Shown here in pieces: positions 58,089-61,990 of a stretch of 61,990 bases of DNA. This stretch comes from Dehalococcoidia bacterium (GTDB lineage: Bacteria; Chloroflexota; Dehalococcoidia; GIF9; AB-539-J10), in NCBI GenBank assembly GCA_034430415.1, contig DAOUEN010000069.1:1-61990 (forward strand), read 5' to 3'. Under the pieces are notes generated by a model. It was given only the letters and a program-made list of their open reading frames with translations, had not been told where the DNA came from and did not search any database. Every line of letters starts with the position of its first letter. Position 1 is the first letter of the stretch. A program made the translations under genes and the position numbers.

Positions 58089-58343
58089 CTATGACTCCCC
58101 GCCTTTCTTGTCTACACTCTTCTCCGTGGTCTTTGTCCCCTCGTGGTGGAGGCCACGATCCTCTGCGGCTCTGGAGTCCGTGATGTAGAAGCCCGAACCC
58201 TTGAACAAGATAGGCACCGGAGAGAAAAGGCGGCGCGCAACCCCACGGCACAAAGAGCAGACTGCCACCGGTTTGTCATGGAAGCTCTGCCTGAGCTCAA
58301 ATTGATGCCCGCAGTTATCGCACTGGTACTGGTAGGTAGGCAT
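58089..58343 (-). CDS. FmdB-family zinc-ribbon protein (CxxC-x..-CxxC)
   Basis: MPTYQYQCDNCGHQFE......VAVCSLCRG...R N-terminus typical of the family. Low-complexity tail. Confidence 0.8.
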   Translation of the reverse strand: MPTYQYQCDNCGHQFELRQSFHDKPVAVCSLCRGVARRLFSPVPILFKGSGFYITDSRAAEDRGLHHEGTKTTEKSVDKKGGES

Positions 58344-58589
58344 TCGTCACTCTCCTCAAGCTCTCGGTCACAAGGAACATGCTCCGCTTTTCACGCCCCG
58401 CTACATTCTCCCTTCGGGAATCTCCAGTCCAGTATTGGGAGCAAGCGTTATGACCTCGGACCCTGGCTGCGAATACAAGCACGGATCACAGGCCCACAGA
58501 GAACTACCCAAGAAAGGGAAACAGTCAAATCGAACCGAGAACTTCTTGCAACGGCTGCAGCAGTTAGCACTCTCAACTCCAGAGTGCCA

Positions 58590-58618
58590 ATTATACGAGA
58601 CCGGACAGATTCTATCAA
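58590..58618 (-). promoter_or_regulatory. near-consensus promoter TTGATA-17-TATAAT about 240 nt upstream of the FmdB-like gene
   Basis: On the minus strand, TTGATA is at 58618-58613 and TATAAT at 58595-58590. Confidence 0.55.
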
Positions 58619-58666
58619 GTACGCGACACCTTTGCACCTGAGTCGGCAGGCCATCTGCCTCCAGGC

Positions 58667-59480
58667 CTAACTCATGTAGGCACCCTCCATAGCGGACGCA
58701 GCCAATCGGCAATAGAGACCTAGAGCACCGGCAGCGTGCTTTGCAGCCGGCTGCTGCCATGCAGTCCTTCCCTGCTCGAGAATGTCTCTCACCCCTCCTG
58801 GTTCCTTCATCCGACCTTCTACGCCCACGATATTGATGTACCGCCGTCGCAGGCTGATTTCTATCAGGTCTTCATTCTCCACCAAGGCGACGGGGCCCCC
58901 GCTGAAAGCTTCAGGTGACACATGACCGATCACAGGGCCAGCCGTAGCACCGGAGAACCTGCCATCAATGATCAAGGCGATGGAGTTCCTACACTAGAGC
59001 CAGAACTGTCTCGATGAGTATTGCCCGCCCGTATGGATATTTGTCAGATAGGGGACCTTTTGGCCGATGGTATCAAAGAGACTTGCATCGAACTCAATTC
59101 CGGCAGCGTGGGCAATGGCGGGCAAATGCAATAGGGCATTCGTGGAGCCACCGGTAGCTTGACGAACAACCACCGTATTTCGTAAGGACACGTCGGACAT
59201 GATATCACCAGCTTTGAGTCCCTCCTTCAAGAGCTTCATCACCAAGTTGCCACCCTGTCTGGCACTCTCGAGAGGCTGACACTCATCCCTGGGAGGCGCC
59301 ACCCACGGTCGAGCATATTACAGGAGCCCTGCTTTGTTGACAACCGCTTTGCTTGGTCGCTAACATACTACAGCCCCTGCGGCCGTAGCTGAAGATGCCG
59401 TTGCGGTAGGCTGGCGCTCCAAGAGCGTCACGCGGATCGACGGAGGCTAAGCTCCCACGGTCCCGTCCATGTGGAGCTAG
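58667..59480 (-). pseudogene. decayed IlvD/Edd-family dehydratase remnant
   Basis: Fragments carry GGSTNALLHLPAIAHAAGI and [20 protein letters not shown]. They are joined in one frame across an internal TAG, with about 150 aa of expected intervening sequence missing. There is an upstream frameshift and the N-terminal third is absent. The 5' limit is approximate. Confidence 0.75.
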
Positions 59481-59537
59481 GTTTCGAGCCGGGGTGTAGC
59501 CCGTGACCGTGGCAAAGCTCAACCATCGAGACAGAGA

Positions 59538-60728
59538 ATGCCAAAGCAAAGCCTCAGAGATGTAGAAGTCCAGAGGAAAAGAGTATTGCTCAGAGTGGAT
59601 TTCAACGTCCCTTTGGACATGGGTACTGGTGCCATTAGCGAGGACAGCCGTATCAGGGGCTCTTTGCCCAGCATCAGGTACCTTGTAGACCACAGAGCCA
59701 AGACAATCATCTGCTCTCATCTAGGACGCCCAAAAGGCAAAGTTGATGAGAAGCTGCGAATGCAGCCCGTCGCGGAGCACCTGTCACAGCTTGTGGGTTT
59801 GCCGGTGAGCATGGCACCAGATTGCGTGGGACGACAGACAAGAGAGAGCGTCAAGGAACTTGGAGAAGGCGATATCCTCTGCCTGGAGAACGTGCGTTTT
59901 CACCGCGAAGAAGAGGCGAATGATCCTGGCTTTGCTCAAAAACTGGCCAGCCTAGCCGACATCTTCGTCAACGATGCCTTTGGCACAGCTCACAGAGCCC
60001 ATGCCTCCACCGTAGGCGTAACGAACTATCTGCCAGCGGTGGCTGGGTTCTTGATGGAGAGAGAACTTGAAGCCATGGGCGGCCTTCTAAGTGATCCGGA
60101 ACGGCCTTTTGCCTGCGTCATGGGCGGCGCCAAGGTGAGCGACAAGATAGGTCTGGTAGAAAACATGCTGAAGAGGGTCAACAGCCTGCTCATCGGTGGA
60201 GGTATGGCTGCCACCTTCCTAAAGGCACAGGGATACGAGGTAGGGCGTTCTCTCGTGGAAGATGACAAGCTGGACCTGGCCAAAGAGCTACTACACGAAG
60301 CGAGCAAATGCGAGGTGCACCTACTACTGCCGGTCGACGTAATTGTGGCCGACAAGGTGGAAGCTCAGGCACCGGCTGAAGTGGTGCCCATAGCCATGAT
60401 AACACCCAAAGACCACATTGTGGACATTGGACCTCAGACCGTGGAGCTGTTTTCCAGTGAGTTAAACAAGTGCCACACCATTATCTGGAATGGGCCGATG
60501 GGCATTTACGAGATGCCTGGGTTTGCCCAGGGAACCAGGTCACTAGTCACCCTTCTTTCCACTCTCAATGCGACCACAGTCATTGGTGGCGGCTCCAGCA
60601 CTGACATTGTCCGCGAAATGCGGCTCTCTGACAAGATGACTCATGTGTCCACCGGAGGTGGTGCCACATTGGAATTCCTCGAGGGTATTCCTTTGCCCGG
60701 CGTGGAAGCCCTTCTGGATAAGATGTAG
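59538..60728 (+). CDS. pgk: phosphoglycerate kinase
   Basis: [16 protein letters not shown], and the GGG.A..F and GGGD-type motifs. Confidence 0.96.
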   Translation: MPKQSLRDVEVQRKRVLLRVDFNVPLDMGTGAISEDSRIRGSLPSIRYLVDHRAKTIICSHLGRPKGKVDEKLRMQPVAEHLSQLVGLPVSMAPDCVGRQTRESVKELGEGDILCLENVRFHREEEANDPGFAQKLASLADIFVNDAFGTAHRAHASTVGVTNYLPAVAGFLMERELEAMGGLLSDPERPFACVMGGAKVSDKIGLVENMLKRVNSLLIGGGMAATFLKAQGYEVGRSLVEDDKLDLAKELLHEASKCEVHLLLPVDVIVADKVEAQAPAEVVPIAMITPKDHIVDIGPQTVELFSSELNKCHTIIWNGPMGIYEMPGFAQGTRSLVTLLSTLNATTVIGGGSSTDIVREMRLSDKMTHVSTGGGATLEFLEGIPLPGVEALLDKM

Positions 60729-60786
60729 CAAGGCAACCTCCTCTTGGCCACGCACCTCCGGTGAAGAGAGATAGGAGCCTCGGGAA

Positions 60787-61554
60787 ATGCGCATCCCGTT
60801 TGTCATCGGCAACTGGAAAATGAATACCACGGTTGCTCAGGCGACTACCCTCGTTCGCGATATGCTCGACGGCCTCGACAGGGTGAAAGGAGTGCATAAG
60901 GTGCTCTGCCCGCCGTTTATCTCACTCGCCGCAGTCGGGGACTTGCTGAAGGGGTCTTCTGTAATGCTGGGCGCTCAAGATATGTGTGCAAAAACGAAGG
61001 GAGCATATACTGGGGAGATTTCCCCCCTGATGCTTGCGGAGCTATGCCAGTTTGTCATTCTGGGACACTCCGAGCGGCGACAGTATTTCGGAGAAACAGA
61101 CCAAATAGTGAACGCCAAGGTGATATCGGCTTTGAAACACGGGCTCAGGCCCATCTTCTGCATCGGGGAGAAGCTCGAGGAGCATGAAGCTGGCATGACC
61201 GAGGAAGTTGTGGCACGGCAGATAGCTGAAGGTCTCAGCGCCATCACTGGCAGCACTGGTATCGTGATCGCCTATGAACCGGTCTGGGCCATTGGCACAG
61301 GCAAGGCAGCCAGTGGCGAGCAAGCGGTTGCCACCATCGGCTTCATCCGCGATACTCTGGCCAGACTATGGACTAACGAAATTGCTTGTAATCTGGCTAT
61401 CCTCTACGGCGGCAGCGTTACAGGTGACAACATCGCGGAATTTGTATCCTATGAGGAGATTGATGGTGCCTTGGTCGGAGGTGCTAGCCTCAGAGCTGAG
61501 GAGTTCGTGCGCATTGCTGAACAGACAGCCATCATCGCCAAAGCATCTCACTAG
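60787..61554 (+). CDS. tpiA: triosephosphate isomerase
   Basis: GNWKMN, GHSERR, AYEPVWAIGTG and YGGSV. Confidence 0.96.
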   Translation: MRIPFVIGNWKMNTTVAQATTLVRDMLDGLDRVKGVHKVLCPPFISLAAVGDLLKGSSVMLGAQDMCAKTKGAYTGEISPLMLAELCQFVILGHSERRQYFGETDQIVNAKVISALKHGLRPIFCIGEKLEEHEAGMTEEVVARQIAEGLSAITGSTGIVIAYEPVWAIGTGKAASGEQAVATIGFIRDTLARLWTNEIACNLAILYGGSVTGDNIAEFVSYEEIDGALVGGASLRAEEFVRIAEQTAIIAKASH

Positions 61555-61587
61555 CTCCTTCCGTTCTTCAAGGGGAGACCGAATTCC

Positions 61588-61990
61588 GTGAATCACGTTG
61601 TTGCCATCGTTGGGCCCACAGCAGTGGGTAAGAGCGACCTCGCTATGCGGGTGGCCCAGAACCTGCATGCTGAGATCGTAAACGCTGATAGCCGCCAAGT
61701 GTACCGTTATATGGACATCGGCACCAGCAAGCCTGGCTTGACCGAAAGAGCTCTGGTACCCCACCACATCATCGACATAGTTGACCCGGATGAAGACTTC
61801 AATCTGGCCACATACTTGCAGTTGGCATCCAAGGCCATTGCGAGTATTCAGGAACAGGGCAGACTGGCTCTGTTGGTAGGAGGTACCGGGCTCTACATAT
61901 GGTCAGTGCTGGAAGGCTGGAGCCTACCGCAGGTTCCACCCAACCACGGACTAAGAAACGAACTCGAAGCCCGGGCAAGGGCAGAAGGCG
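61588..61990 (+). CDS. miaA: tRNA dimethylallyltransferase, 5' part (runs off the window end; absent from the ORF track)
   Basis: Hand translation from GTG 61588 gives VNHVVAIVGPTAVGKSDLAMRVAQ...IVNADSRQVYRYMDIGTSKP...HHIIDIVDP. AGGGGAG RBS. Confidence 0.88.
   Translation, partial: MNHVVAIVGPTAVGKSDLAMRVAQNLHAEIVNADSRQVYRYMDIGTSKPGLTERALVPHHIIDIVDPDEDFNLATYLQLASKAIASIQEQGRLALLVGGTGLYIWSVLEGWSLPQVPPNHGLRNELEARARAEG

Overview
This 62-kb window is chromosomal and dominated by housekeeping genes. There are no rRNA genes, CRISPR arrays, integrases or transposases. The taxon cannot be determined without a database search. Monoderm-style lipoprotein binding proteins with acidic linkers, a short EF-Ts and a Cys-rich EF-Tu would fit a Chloroflexota/Dehalococcoidia-like genome, but that is only an inference.

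Main content:
- tRNA(Thr-Tyr-Thr)-tuf-rpmG-secE-nusG-rplKAJL block.
- Six aminoacyl-tRNA synthetase genes: alaS, aspS, thrS, pheS, pheT, proS.
- infC-rpmI-rplT and tig-clpP.
- rpsB-tsf-frr-cdsA-dxr-rseP-ispG-proS on the minus strand.
- panB, ilvD, pgk-tpiA-miaA, and 11 tRNA genes.

Accessory or unusual content:
- Two tandem paralogous TRAP transporter operons (29.6-36.1 kb). One binding-protein gene is interrupted by an in-frame TAG. Both leaders carry a conserved SD-ATG-TGA start-stop mini-ORF.
- An archease-RtcB-SagB-like nitroreductase operon.
- A decayed second IlvD/Edd-family gene.
- An 850-bp ORF-poor gap.
- A repeat-rich, C-terminally anchored surface protein.
- A small GIY-YIG-like plus wHTH gene pair beside tRNA-Phe.
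- A perfect 18-bp inverted repeat carrying mirrored extended -10 boxes between ychF and holA.

Promoter-like TTGAC(A/C/T)-17-TA(T/G)A(A/C)T elements are unusually clear. Several sit so close to start codons that leaderless mRNAs are likely.

I did not find a clear-cut new multi-gene system such as a defence island. The findings are ranked candidates, not confirmed discoveries.
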